From Octopus bimaculoides (lineage: Eukaryota), in the NCBI RefSeq assembly GCF_001194135.2, contig NC_068983.1, forward strand, positions 164,165,235-164,229,234: DNA of 64,000 nucleotides, given 5' to 3'. Position numbers and translations under genes: made by a program. Every line of letters starts with the position of its first letter. Within the stretch, counting starts at the first letter, position 1. Shown one piece after another: positions 12,121 through 26,680 of the stretch. The notes below the pieces were generated by a model that saw nothing but the letters and a program-made list of their open reading frames with translations, did no database searches and was not told where the DNA came from.

Positions 12121-12660
12121 CAAGAGGCATAGCCAGGTCGCAAATTTAGGGGAAGCGAGCACATGAAAAAAGGGGCTAAGACATATACGGAACCATTTTT
12201 AACTCATTTCTCTTATATTACGTCAAATATTTCAATAGTTATAATATATGTAATTGTAGTCTCCATTCGTTAATTTCATGTTTCAGTAACGATGTCATTA
12301 TGATTGAAACTCACAATTACTGAGAGAGGTGTGTCGTGAAAAAGATGAAACTCCACCGGATTGTTCAGTGTCAAGAGGTTATGATGTCAGGGTTTGCTTT
12401 GGTTCTTCAGATGTCAGCGGCCACCAACACATCAAAGCAGATTGAGCAGACAGTTTGAAACACAGGAGGTTAATCAAAGAGAGTTAATGACTTCAAAGAA
12501 GTTCTTCCAAATTCGTGCAATTAACAAAAGAATTAATTCAACTTTTATCGCATATGTGAATTAAAGAGATAAAAAAATTGTTGAAAAGGGGTCAACTTTG
12601 TAAAATGGATGCAGTGGGAAGAGAGCTTGTTCCCCTTGATCCCCTACTAGTTATGCCACT
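12121..12660. mobile_element. Possible hAT-like MITE
   Basis: Imperfect terminal inverted repeats CAAGAGGCATAGCCAGG and reverse complement CAGTGGCATAACTAG; no target-site duplication found. Confidence 0.3.
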
Positions 12661-14002
12661 GCTTGTTTCAGTTGTTAACGGTCAGGATACTGTATCCTTC
12701 AAATATTCATTGCTTCCTTAAATTTACCATTACTAAACATAGACAATGTCCATGTGGTCTTGTTGGTCCAAAGACCAGGGTCAATTATTCCATGAAAAGC
12801 TGAAGGGGCCTTTGCTTTTTGAGGCTCTTTTACAGTTTATTGTTCTGTGTTTTTCAGGCTTGATTCTGTGCACTGGTGTGTCAATATTTAAGCAAAAAAA
12901 AAAAATGAAAGGAAAAGGAAATGGGAAATGCGAGTGGTTTAACTGGATGTTACCATCCAACAATGCTAAGTCTGTTAACAGCATTGAAGGACATAAATTT
13001 AGTTCATAGGGCTTTTGTGAAATTGGTGACAACAATGATGATGATGAGGAGGAGAGGAGGAGGATGAGGAAGATGATGATGACGACAACAATGATGATGA
13101 TGACGATAATGACGACAATGACGATGATGATGACAATGATGATAATGATGATACAATGATGATGACAACAACGATGATGGCTGACTTTTGAAAATGGGGA
13201 AGAGAAGAAACATAATATTGTGTTTCCTTTGTAATGATTACGGAACAGTCCAAATTACGATTCTTCTGTTGGTGAAAGAGTGCATCCTGGGATTTTTCTT
13301 CTTTGGGTGAAGAACAAACAAAATAACGAAAATGGCCAAAAGTAAACAGTTAGGAATATTTGTTTGAGACAAGAATGATAATTGCTTGGCCTAACTCATT
13401 TGAAATTTGGTTTCCAAAACCTGAAAATGGTGACTTTCAGTGGAAAGATTTTAAGTAGAGGTGTTAAAGAATAATACAATATTCGTTTTCTTTAAATTAT
13501 TTCAGCTTTAAAGCCACGGCCATGCTGGGGCACCAATGGAAATTCCAGAAAGATTTTCTGGAACTAATTATTGGCACCAATCTATTTCACCACAAACCCT
13601 TATCCTTGCAGCATTTATTTTGACTTCAAGTTTTGGTGAGCAAGACATGTCTGCAAGTCTTCAAGAAAAGTCTTTGACTGACATCAAACATTTGGCATTT
13701 CAAAGACTGTGATGCATTCTAGCTTTGTGACGAGTTACAGGAGATATGGAGATGGATGCTAGCCAACACAGCAGCTAATGATCCTGGTGTAGAGGTAAAC
13801 GGACTGGAAAGGAGTACGAAATATTATATGTTGTATCAATAATCAATAATTAAATAAAATCAATATTGCTTTTCAACCATGTGGTTTCAAGTTCAGTCCC
13901 AATGCATGGCACCTTGAGAAAATGTCTTAGACAGTCTCAGGCCAACCAATGCCTTGGTAGTAGTGAATTTGGTATATGGAAGCTGGGTGGGAACCTGTCA
14001 TG

Positions 14003-14033
<31 letters not shown>

Positions 14034-14035
14034 AT

Positions 14036-14205
14036 AGGCACAGGTGTGGCAGTGGGCTGTGTGGTAAGAAGCTTGCTTCCCAACCACATGGTTTTGGGTT
14101 CAGTTCCACTGCATGGCACCTTGGGTAAGTGTCTTCTGCTATAGCCTCGGACTGACCAAAGCCTTGTGAGTAAGTGTGGTAGAAGGAAACTAAAAGAAGC
14201 CCATC

Positions 14206-14280
<75 letters not shown>

Positions 14281-14490
14281 TTTGTGTGTCTGTGTTGTCC
14301 ATCCACCATCGCTTGACAACTGATGTTGGTGTATTTATTCCCCCATAACCTAGCAATTCGTCAGAAGAGACCGATAGAATAAGTACTAGGCATACAAAGA
14401 GTAAGTCCTGTGGGGTCAGTTAGTTCAACTAAAGGTGGTGCTCCAGCATGACCACAGTCAAAACTGAAACAAGTAAAAGAATAATAAAAC
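14036..14490 (+). mobile_element. tRNA-derived SINE family A, full copy
   Basis: A-box-like TGGGCTGTGTGG, B-box-like GGTTCAGTTCC, central (TG)n, 3' end AAACAAGTAAAAGAATA; partial copy at 13860-13990. Confidence 0.85.
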
Positions 14491-16842
14491 AAGAGCACTC
14501 AGATAGCACAAACCTCCACCAAGGCAATACATCCTCTCAATGATTCACCAGAAATGATTTTTAAAATGAGAATGTCTGAAATAAACTTGACTGCTCTCGC
14601 AAACGAGAATACTAAAAATGAACCCGACCACTCTCAAAAATTAAGTAAAAGAACTAGAAGAATAATCCAGAATCCTTGTCCAGTACCAGATCGATCCCCA
14701 AATCTAATTTGTTTGTGCCAGTCACGAGGCCAAATATCCCTGAAAGTTTCATCCAAATCCATCAAGTGGTTCTTGAGATATCTTGTCCACGGACAAAGAA
14801 ACAAAGATGACTGAAAACAACACCTCCGGCTTCGCTAAGGCAGACGGTAATAAAAGAATATTTATGATTTCTCATCAAGCCAAGTGAAATCATAGCCATG
14901 GCTGATGCCAGTGTTGTGTAACTGGCACTTGGTGCTGGTGGCACATATAAAGCAACCTTCAAGTGTTGGGCCTCACAGACGCAGCGACAAGTGACTGAGC
15001 CCTTTGGCAATATAACGTGCTTGAGAAGACATGTGAAACCAAGTGAGATGACAGTCATGGCCGATGCTGGTGTCGTGTAACTGGCACCTGTGCTGGTGGC
15101 ACGTAAAAAGCACCCACTACACTCTTGGTGTGGTTGGTGTCAGGAAGGGCATCCACCAGTTTTCAGTCGAAGTGTCCAACTCATGCCCGGCATGGAAAGT
15201 AGATATTAAATGATGATGATGATGATGATGATGAAAATGATATATGAATATATGTATGCATGCATGTATGCATGTATGTATGTATGTATGTATGCATGTG
15301 TGTGTGTATGTATGCATGTGTGTGTATGTATGCATGTGTATGTATGTGTGTGTGTATGTATGCATGTGTATGTATGTGTGTGTGTATGTATGCATGTGTG
15401 TGTATTTATGCATGTATGTAAGTATATATGTGTATGTATGTGTGTGCATGTATGCATGTGTGTGTGTATGTATGTATGTATGTATGTGTGTGTGTATGCA
15501 CGTATGTGTGTATGTACATATATATAAGCACTTGTGTTTGTCCCCTTACCATTGCTTGACAACTGGTATTGGTTTGTTTACATCCTCATAACTTAGCAGC
15601 TCACCAATAAAAAGTCCATCACCATCACCATCCCCATCACCATCATTTAACTTCCATCTTCCATTCTGGGGCTGGACAGTTTGTTTGATAGGAGCTGGCA
15701 AACTGAAGAGTTACGCCAGGCTCTAATTGTCTGTTTTGCCATGGGTTCTACCACTGGATGCCCTTCATAACCCCAACTCACCCCTTTACAGAATGTGCTG
15801 GGGGGGGGGCTTTGTATGTGCCATTGACATGAATGCTTTTTTCATGTGGCACCAGAATGGGTGTCTTTCATGTGGCACTGGTATGGGTGCTTTTTATGCA
15901 ACACTGGCACAGGTGTGTGCTTTTAGGTGGCACTGGCACAAATCGGACTTAAAAAGAAAAATAAATCCCGGGCATCGATTTGTCGGACCAAACCTACCAA
16001 GGCAATGCTCCAGCATGGTCTTAGTCCAATGACAGAAATAAAAAAAAAAAACAAAAAAAAAAAACTTGAAATTGGAAAGATGCCAGCTAAATGCAATGGA
16101 TTTTGATGGAATAAGTTCTGGGAATGGTTTTGGTAAAGAAGCACAACCAGAGCAGCAAAAATAAGTTCTTGGTGAGGTGAGTTGAAGAACTTGTTCAAAA
16201 AACCTGCTTACATTCATTTTACACTGTTTATGTCATTAATAATGCATGACAACTCTTGGCGGTCACAACCTGTTTCAATTCTTCAAAATGTTGTTAACAG
16301 AATCAATCAGTCATTAAAATAAGAATAATTAAGCAGAGAAGAATTTACAGAGACATGTTTAATGCTTAATTAATTAATTTAACTCAAATACAAATGGAAA
16401 AATATAGAACTTGCTAACAGTACAGNNNNNNNNNNNNNNNNNNNNNNNNNNNNNNNNNNNNNNNNNNNNNNNNNNNNNNNNNNNNNNNNNNNNNNNNNNN
16501 NNNNNNNNNNNNNNNNNNNNNNNNNNNNNNNNNNNNNNNNNNNNNNNNNNNNNNNNNNNNNNNNNNNNNNNNNNNNNNNNNNNNNNNNNNNNNNNNNNNN
16601 NNNNNNNNNNNNNNNNNNNNNNNNNNNNNNNNNNNNNNNNNNNNNNNNNNNNNNNNNNNNNNNNNNNNNNNNNNNNNNNNNNNNGTGGTGGTGGTAGTGG
16701 TGGTGGTGGTGGTGGTGGTGGCAAAGGTAATAGATGTAGTTGTTGTGGTTGTAGTAGTAGTAGTAGTAGTTGTGATGGTAGTTGTAGAAGGAGTAGTAGT
16801 AATACGAGAAGCATTGTTATTGCTGTTGGTGGTGATGGTACC

Positions 16843-16925
<83 letters not shown>

Positions 16926-17464
16926 TAGTAGTAGTATTAGTAGTAATAGTAGTGGTGATGGTGGCGCAAGAGATGATAATGACAGTAGAATGGTAATGTG
17001 TGTAAATGGTGGTTCCTCAGATGACTGATATATCTGATACACAAAATAAGCAAAATGTAAAAGTCGGTGGAGCCATTTACTAAACAGAAATGTCTTTCAG
17101 AAAAGATGACATCTCTTACCTTGGTTTCATTGATTTTTTTTGTTTTTTGTTTTTTTTTTGTATTTCTATTTCAAATCTTGTAAATACAGTCGTTACCTAT
17201 GTTAGCGAGATTGAGTTAATTGACTTTGAAATATTTCAAACACCTGCTTACCACAGACAGAAATTTAAGTGAGATTAAATATGTTCTCGTGTTAGGAGAA
17301 GATGTGTGAATTGCTGGTAATGGACTCACTAACTCTTCACTAATGTTTCTTTACACGTATTTAAGGGGCCCAGAAATTACTTAGAAACTTTAATAGCTCT
17401 CAATCCTTGTTCTACTTTAACATGCATCACTTTTGTTGTACCTAATTGCACTATATGCTAGGGC

Positions 17465-17545
17465 AGAGCTACACAAAGTGGTGGTCCGCGGACCGGTGCC
17501 GGCCCACGAGCCATCAGCTGCCGGTATGCGACAAGTCTCCAGAAA
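17465..17545 (+). mobile_element. hAT/Charlie-like terminal fragment
   Basis: CAGAGCTACACAAAGTGGTGGTCCGCGGACC resembles Charlie-type ends; GC-rich island in AT-rich context. Confidence 0.4.
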
Positions 17546-17828
17546 AGAAAGAAACATTACAAAATGCTTATAAAATGCTTATGTGATATTTTTTATGTGA
17601 TATTCTTTTATTCTTTTACTTGTTTCAGTCATTTGACTGCGGCCATGCTGGAGCACCACCTTTTGTTGAGCAAATTGACCCCAGGACTTATTCTTGGTAA
17701 GCCTGGTACTTATTCTGTCAGTCTCTTTTGCCATGCCACTAAGTTACAGTGACATAAACACACCAGCATCAGTTGTCAAGCAATGTTGGGGGGACAAACA
17801 CAGACACACAAACATACACACACACACA

Positions 17829-17877
<49 letters not shown>

Positions 17878-19178
17878 CCATGATAGATCGCTAGCCACTA
17901 AACCTTTTTCTATTTCCTCTGCCTGTTTATTTCTGTGTTCCTTTCTGTTGAAGAGCATAGGCTCAAAACGTAAAAGACTTTCTCACTTCCCGAGCATTAA
18001 ACCAATACACCTGTTTGTTGTCTACACCACCTATCTTTGTCTCTTGCTTCTTTTGTAAATTCCAACTATATATATCATTCAGGTCACTGCCTGAAATCGA
18101 ACTCGGAATCTGGATGATGGTGATGATGATGATGATGAGGAGGAGGAGGAGGACGAGGACGAGGATGTATCATGATGCATCTAAGCAATTTGAGCTGAAG
18201 AAGCAGAACAATAAAAGAATGACATCTTGCAATAAACAGACACATATGTCCATTCCCAGGCAAAATCAAAGGATCTTCCGTGTCCCCATTTTGACTTCAC
18301 ACATCCATCACAAATAGGCGCAGCTTCTTTTTTTATTTTTGATCGTGCTTTTTTTTTTTTGTTTTTACTTTCAATCATTTCATTGAAAGACTCAAATGTC
18401 ACAATAGATGAGAACGACCATGAATTGATATAATATTATTATTATTATTATTCAATCTCTCTTGGCCTGTCTTACCAAAGAAATCTTCAGCCCCCTGCTA
18501 GCAATGGTAGGACAAGTAAATGTGCCAAAGACTGACCCCTTTCTGAGGAGACCTGGCTAAGATGAACTGAATATGTCGGTCACGTGTCTAGACTCAGATC
18601 CCTAAGCAGCTTCTCTGACTTTAACGTTGTCAGGGAAAGTATACTTTTAGGGATGGATATAAGAACAAAAAGGTCCAGGGACTACCTACGACCACCACCA
18701 CCAAAAGACTGCACCATTGGGGTTCACAACTGGACAAGTCACATGGTGTCTAAACCACTCAAAGCAAAAGATCTGCTGCTGTTGGTTGTGGTGAAGACAG
18801 ATTTAGATTGCAAAGCTAGAACTTGCGCAATTTATAATTTGAATGGATAAGACCATCTAAGAAGGAATAAGTTGAGTGTTGAGTGGAAGTTAGTCCTGGG
18901 TAGAAGGGCAAGGAAAGAATGGAAGCTGAATGATCAGATCTTGGACCATAAAACTTCATGAAAGAAAATATTCAAGATGGAAACATGTTGAACTACAAAG
19001 CAGGCTAATGTATTTACAGAGTGTGATACGGATGGGAAAACCATGATGATGACGACGTTGATGATGATGATATTGCTGCTGCTGCTGCTGCTATTGTTGC
19101 AGATGAAACTCATAATTTTGATTTTTCTTGTGAGTGTATATATGTGCATGTGTGTATGTGTTTGTATGTGTATGTTTG

Positions 19179-19224
<46 letters not shown>

Positions 19225-19266
19225 ATTTATTACATATAATATATATACATACACACATGTATATGA

Positions 19267-19324
<58 letters not shown>

Positions 19325-19377
19325 ATATATATATGTATGTATGTATATGGTGAAATGATGCATATTTTTAATCTTAC

Positions 19378-21050
19378 CTATCAAGATCATACCAAGATCG
19401 AATTTTCTTTGCTGACCCAGGTTCAGAACCATCAAAAGATAGATCACTGCTTTCAAAGACAGAACATAAATTACGTACAACGGTGTTATGTTCTTCGTCA
19501 GTGTTTGGTGAATATTCCAGTTGTTCTGGAGAAAACAGATTTGAAAATTCCTGTGCTTTTGAAGTGTTTGTTAGATTTAAGTTTTGAGATGCAATTGTTG
19601 GAGTTCTTGAAAATTCCAAAGAAGAATTGTTTGTCTCTGATATATTTGCTGTGTCTTGAGAATCTTTGCTGTTTGACATATTTTTATTCCTTTTGTAGAT
19701 TTTAGTTGGTGAGAAGACAGGTGTGGCAACTTTTAAAGTGTCACTAGATGGTTTAGCATTTGCAAGGAAGAAGTTGTAAGGAGTATGAACCCAACGTGGG
19801 TGGTCTGGGTTACCAAATAAGGGTTTGACATCAGGAGATTTTCTGTTAAAGCGCCATTTAAAGTAAGGATCATGAGATAGAGTTTTGTTTCCTGAAAGGC
19901 TATTAAGGTTTGCTCTTTTGCTTGAGTTACTTTCAGACCATTTAGAAGCAGAACCAATCAGGGAGTCATGAGAATTCCACCTTTTCCCCATGCCAAAAGG
20001 GCTCTTCAATGATTCCAAAGAATTTAGAGGCTTGAAGACTTCCTCCATATCTGACGTTAGTGCTAAATCCTCAGCTGATGCCTGATGAGAGAAGTTTTGG
20101 GGAGAACATGGAACACTCCGTACCTTTCTTGGAAAATTGCTAAAATGACTCTTTGATAAACTTTGATCTACATTTACATTGTCAGGTGTATTTTTCACAT
20201 TTTTGAGAATTCCTTTTAAGGCCGACCCTTGCTTTGCTGACCTATTTTCAGTCTGTTTAGTGAAATTAAATGTCACATTATTTACTCTCTGTCGATTCGA
20301 TGCTCTAGAAGGTTCTTCAAAAGATGAAAAACTGTTCCTTGATGGCAAACTAGGAGAACTAAAAAGATTACGCCTATCTTGTTCTTCTCTATTACTAATT
20401 TCATTATCTGAAATTAATTGATTCAGTTGTTGATCACTCCAGTACAGTCGTTGATATTTGTTTTGCTGACCCAGCTGATATTTATTTGGATTAAAATCTT
20501 GGATTATTTTCGAAGTATTTCCATTCTTATTAACCATCATATTTTCAAAATTAGAGGCCAAATTGTCAGCTGCGTTTTCTCTGCTTCTCCAAATGTTTTG
20601 AGAAAAACCTACATCACTTTTATCAGTGTGATTTCTATCTACTTGGGATAGACAAGACATTGTACGATATAATTTTGGTGTCTCTGGACATTTTAGATTT
20701 CTGTCCTGTCCATCAACTACAGGACTTAAATGGAATGGAAAAGTGGACAGAGACTGACGAGTTGGACTGCTTGTTTTAGGAGTCATTGATTTATAGTTTT
20801 CAATGAGATATGGATTAGAAAAAGCCACCTCATCTATATTTGCATGAGATCTTGACAGGTAAAATCCATCACTTTTAAAAGATTGATCTAAATCCATGCT
20901 GTTCAGTTTCAGAGCCTTCCTTTGCTGCCAAAGTAGAGTTAATTCCTCTGATAAGATCTGTTTATCATATTCAGTCTTCAGAATTTGCTCTTGCAGTTCA
21001 TTAAGGACTTTCTCAACTCCTTTCTGATAATCTTTTAGTTCCGTTACATC
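19378..21050 (-). CDS. Large coding exon (1673 nt, phase 0-2) of the same gene
   Basis: Acceptor tttttcttctcctctttaag|GATGTA at 21050, in frame with the 507-aa ORF 19374..20897 (adds 51 codons, [22 protein letters not shown]..., continuing the coiled coil). Strong donor GATAG|GTAAGA at 19378 overlaps the apparent stop codon. Confidence 0.85.
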
Positions 21051-21247
21051 CTTAAAGAGGAGAAGAAAAATTAATATTCATATTAGTAATTATTAAATTT
21101 ACATATGAGCAAAAGAAATTAAAATAGTCATCTGTGTATCATACCTAATATACATACAACATTGAAAGGCACGATGCTGTGGTCTTTGAAAATAAAGATA
21201 ATATATTTCTAAATCTCTTAGAGAGATTTATGTAGTAGCAGCACGAT

Positions 21248-21508
21248 AAAGAGATAGTATGTTGTCAACTTAATGTGACAGTCCCATGAAAGGGAAGAAT
21301 GCTACTGTTACTTAGCCCTAGGAAACACCGTTTCTTGTTGGACTTGACCCATATCCTGTGTCCTGTGTCCTGTCTCCACTTTTAAAACATAATGACACAG
21401 GAGATGGGTCAAGTCTAACAGGAAACGGTGTTTCCTGGGGCTAAATAACAGTAGCATTCTTCCCTTTCATGGGACTGTCTCATTAAGTTGACAACATGCT
21501 ATCACTTT
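21248..21508. repeat. Long fold-back inverted repeat (arms about 115 bp), related to the F2 unit
   Basis: 21248-21362 pairs with 21394-21508. The right arm aligns by eye with 3037-3150 (shared GGGCTAAAT.ACAG, GGACTG). Confidence 0.85.
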
Positions 21509-22787
21509 GCTGTGGTTTTTGTCTGAAAGGAAAAAATCTCTTTATAGACATTGTATTAAAAACACAATAGAAAACAAGGCAAATACCATCTCAACAACAT
21601 CTCACGAGAGCATCAGATAACTTCAGCCTTTTTTGACCTTGTCAATGATATGTACTTGTTTGTTACATGAAATTCACCCCTCTGAGGAAACAGTGGATAA
21701 TGCATTCACTGATATTGTGGAAAGTTTGCTGGTCTGAAATAAAGTTGGTGTACGCAATTGAAACTGCATTAAATCAAATAACTATCTCTGTGCTATACAT
21801 AGTGTATATACGCCATTGAAAGGTATGTTGCAGTGGTTTTGTATGAGAGAAAAATCTCTTCATGTATTACAAACACAATATATATTGGTTTCCAATTTTG
21901 GTACAAGGTCAGCAATTTTGGGGTAAGAACTAAGTCAATTACATTGAGGTCAATAATCAATTGGTACTTATTTTATCAATCCCAAAAGGATGAAAGTCAA
22001 AGCTGACCTCAACGGCATTTGAACTCAGAACAAAAAGACAGACAAAGTGCTACTAAGCATTTTGCCCAGAATGCGGAAGATTTTGCCAGAGCATCTGCCT
22101 TAAACACAATATATATTGGAGTGAGAGGAACATTTACATGGCAGGGATTCACAAGAATGTTAGATTCCCTTTTGCTTTCTTGGGCCAGTGTTTTCTTATA
22201 TATCAGAGGAATCCATCTGCCTCTTTTTTTTTTTTCTCATGAGGTCAACAATCAATTAAAAAATCTTTTGATGGCAACAATCGAAAATGACTGAAATACA
22301 AAAATTAAATTAGCAAAAAAAAAAAAAAATGAAGAAAATAAAAAAACACAGAGATAAATATACTCACATAAATAAATGCAGACATACATTCACACACACA
22401 TAAAGTTTGATAAAAAGATTTCTATCATAATTAGAATATACCAATAAAATAATTTTGTTGTTTTACAGTTAAAACGCCATCACCATCATCATCGTCGTCA
22501 TCATCATCACCATCATCGTTGTCGTCGTCGTCATCGTCGTCGTCATCATCATCATCATCATCATCATAATTTAACATCCATTTTCCATTCTGGGGTGGGT
22601 CAGACAGTTTAACAGAAACTGACAAGGTGGAGAGCTGCACCAGGCTCCAGCTGTCTGTTTTTTGGCTTGGTTCCAATGGGTGGATGCCCTTCCTAACACC
22701 AACCATTTTACAGAGTGCACTGGGTGCTTTTTACATGGTACCATCTTACATTAAAGTTGCATTATTCAATGTGCAGAAAAGTATCAT

Positions 22788-22894
<107 letters not shown>

Positions 22895-23075
22895 AAAGAT
22901 AAACAAGAGTGAAAAAACTACAGAAGGCTTGTGTTACGTGGTTAAAGTATATATTTAAATTGTTATGTCAGAAAAATGTTATAAAATTTTGGGTATAGAA
23001 ACATTGTATTTGGAGAAATAACCGGTTTTGTGTTGTCTTTTCAAATTTCTCTACCTGTATCGTAACATGTCTTCG

Positions 23076-23141
<66 letters not shown>

Positions 23142-23239
23142 TGCGTAATTTAACATTTTCAGAATATTCCATTCATTTCCAAAACACTTTATTTTGAATT
23201 TGATGTACAGCTGTTGTCATAACATCCAGCATGTGTTCA

Positions 23240-23560
23240 GGTGTTTAGTGACTATGAAAGAATGATTCTTAACAGATAATTTACAAGAAATTTGCATTTC
23301 AAAGCTACCTGATATATATGTCTTCTCTACTGTATATTACTGATATTACTAAGTTCAATTAGTATGTGGCTTGCATCGTTCAAGAAATTAATACTTGAAG
23401 CTGTAATTTATGTACAGCCTTATCAGTTCTCAAACATGTCTGGTGAATGTTGTGGTAGTGTTGTTGTCAGTGTAGCTGAAGAATGGTTTTATGGTTAAAA
23501 ACTCTTTGTTTGAACCTACTCAAAGTAATATCTATGTAATGTTTCCTCATAGTTGGTTGA
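23240..23560 (-). pseudogene. Degenerate PLE GIY-YIG remnant (Neptune/Naiad-like type)
   Basis: HYIDITLSRFKQRVFNHKT followed by YISGS...CKLS fits YIG.T..FK.R..NH...Y..G..C.LC; frameshifted. Confidence 0.55.
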
Positions 23561-24369
23561 TAAAGTGTTTGATAAATACATATATGACTAGCTCAATGAC
23601 TGAACCAGCATAGTTGCAGTTACATTAAAAAAAAGGGGTGAAAACCAAAAGATGTCCCTCAAGCACATTGTCAAGCTGATTCCTACTAGACAGGCCAGTC
23701 ATATTTGAAAGCAGAAGCTCAATGTGAATTAGAGCACCAAGTCAAAACTTCAGGCCATATGCGGGCTATATAACTATATAACCAAGAAATGCCAATTTGT
23801 TAACAACCTGAAGTCTAGAGTGGATTTCTTTAATAGGTGCACACATTTTGATAAGTTCTTACATAACCAGTAGGAAATACATTCACATAAAGTTAGAACT
23901 TAACCTGATATTTACATGACACAGCATGTATACATAAATTATACAGGCACTCACACTACATATGCTGTTTATATATACAAGATCTCATACAAAGCACATT
24001 TCTCAGTTTGAAAGCTTTTTTTTAAAAATCGACCATCACAAACTTCGCTTCATATACATATACACACTTTTACCACAACACTCATTCACATGTTTACATT
24101 CTTTCAAAAGATGACTGACACCAAAAAGCAAATCACGTCAGATAGGATTTCATGCACTTTTAAGGAAATTCTGTCAGAATTTAGTAATATAAAAACAGTT
24201 ATGGCCTTTCCACCAAAATTACAAAATACATAGAGTCTCATGAGACTTACCACTTTAAATATATATTAAATATATATTAAAGACCATTTTGCTGTCTTTG
24301 AGAGATCAAAATACTGAGGCAACATAAAACTTAAGTAACAATTCTATTTCTTAAGTGTTGTATAAAACA

Positions 24370-24429
<60 letters not shown>

Positions 24430-24740
24430 TGCGTGCATGTGTGTATGTGTGTATGTGCATGTATGTATGCACTGTCTGAAAGAAATGTAGACTCCATTTT
24501 CATGGCTACAAGCAATCAATAGGATGCTGCACATGCACTCAACTCTGAGTATACTGTTTCTTAATGCAGAAACACCTGTTAGCTAATGAAGTTGATTACA
24601 TATCTCCTGTTCCCTTGTCATTCATTAATTGATACCATGTGGTACTTTACGAATGCTTTATTCTAAACTATAACGAATTCTCACAACTGGTCTTTTGCAT
24701 CACTATACCGAAATGGTGTCATAAAATGTATGCTTGTGTG

Positions 24741-24791
<51 letters not shown>

Positions 24792-26139
24792 CGCATGATG
24801 TTGCAAATTCCCTGCTATGCATTTTTATGCTAACTTTCTTCATAAGACTTCTGCTAGATCAATAAACATAAAGTTGACTCAGTAAAAATATAATATTGAT
24901 GAATTCTCTATTTTAATTAAATATGAAAACCATCAGATCTAAACTCACCCGCATTAACTTTCTTACAACTTTCTTACTTTCTCTCTCTCTTTCTCTGTCT
25001 GTCTGTCTCCCCCTCTCTCTCTCTCTACTTAAATAATCTGATTGCCTTTATCATATCACCTTTTCCTTTGCAGCAGTTAGACCTACATCTTCTAATTAAC
25101 TAATTGAATAATTAAAGTAATAATTTCAGTATAGCCTAATGTTCGAAAATGCTGAAAACTATCTCTGTGGGAACTGTACTTTTCTCTGCTGCCAAAAATA
25201 TGTCATTAATTCCATTACTTAACATGATTCTGCTAGCTTTCGTAGTTAGTTTTCTGTTTTATTCCACTTGGGATAGGTTCTTATTAACCCATTCATATTC
25301 CTTGTTTAAAAAACTCTCCAAGGAATGTTTCCCATTTTTTAAAATCTGTGATTGGCAAGATAAAGATTTAATGCCAAAAAAAAAAAAAAAAAAAGAACTA
25401 TATCTATTCTGGTCATATTCCAGTCTCCAAATGTCTTTTTCTTAAATCTATCATGTCAAACTGATAGAATTTTCAATTCTTCGATCAAATCCATTTTATA
25501 AATTCTGTGATAGATTTTCATCTAATTAAGAAGAGAAAGAAAAACAATTAAATAAACCAAAACCAGAACAAGTTGCCAATTTTCGTTCGTTAATGATGCT
25601 GTTAGATTTTAGGTAACTAGAATTTTGGAATTATAGGTGTCTATGCATCATTTTGAAACAAAGCTTCTAATTAGGTGCTTGTCTAAACCTCAAGCAAGTA
25701 AATTAAAACTAATTATCTGATGCACTACACAAATTATTAAGTGACAATACAGAAAACTTGTGGAAACTGAAAAGCACTTCTAGATTTCAATTATTGCTTT
25801 ATAAATCTTACAACTGTTTAGAAGAAACCAGTTAATTGTAGAAAATTTTAAAGGTTTGGTTCTTAGATTGAAGATTAATTCATTTCTATGTTTTATTGTT
25901 GATTTTTATTGCTATAAATGAGATTAAATTTCCAGAGAGATTTGGTGGGGTCTTTTTATATATATATATATATCTAATTATAAGTTTAAAACTTTGAGAG
26001 AAAGAAGTACAAATGGTCAAAGTATAACAATAACTAAAAGTTATGGTTTTAGTCAGTTTTATTTCTTTTGTAACAAACCTACGTGACAGATTAACTGTTT
26101 AGTACTCAGAATCTATTATGCTTATTTATTCACATTTGT

Positions 26140-26680
26140 CATCATCATCATCATCATCATCGTTTAACATCCACTTTCCCTGCTGGTATGGGTTGGATGG
26201 TTTGACAGAGGGCTGGCAAGCCAGAAGGCTGCACCAAGCCTCAATCTGATCTGGCAAAGTTTCTACAGCATACATTATCTCATAGCTTTCAGATATTAAT
26301 GATGTAATTCATCATCATCATCGTTTAACGTCCGTTTTCCATGCTGGCATGGGTTGGACGGTTTGACTGGGGCTCGGGAAGCCAAGAGGCTGCACCAGGT
26401 TCCAGTCTGATCTGGCAGTGTTTCTACAACTGGCTGCCCTTCCTAACACCAGCCAATCTGAGAGTGTAGTGGGTGCTTTTTGTGTGCCACTGGCACAGGG
26501 GCCAGAGGGGGCTGGCAGTAACCACAATTGGCTGGTGCTTTTTATGTGCCACCAGCATGGAAGCCAGTCAAGGCTGTGCTGGCATCGGCCACATTTAGAT
26601 GGTGCCTTTTACGTGCCACTGGCACGGCGGTCACAACTACAATTTCCATTTGATTTTGATTTTGATGTACTTGACTCAAT
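26140..26680 (-). mobile_element. Retroposon family B with (TGA)n tail, two adjacent copies
   Basis: (CAT)n CGTTTAACGTCCG..CCATGC..GGGTTGGA..CACCAGG motif. Also at about 5785-5895, 14880-15230 (+), 15620-15900, 22560-22740, 33225-33400, 44200-44410 (+), 49330-49520 (+), 51470-51745 (+), 53040-53440 (+), 57090-57420 and 57600-57770. Confidence 0.8.

Noticed and set aside
16040-16205. Phase-2 candidate exon (FFEQVLQLTSPRTYFCCSGC...)
   Set aside because: The acceptor lacks a pyrimidine tract, there is no clear donor, and the frame runs into SINE sequence; weaker than the 11154 and 13300 candidates.
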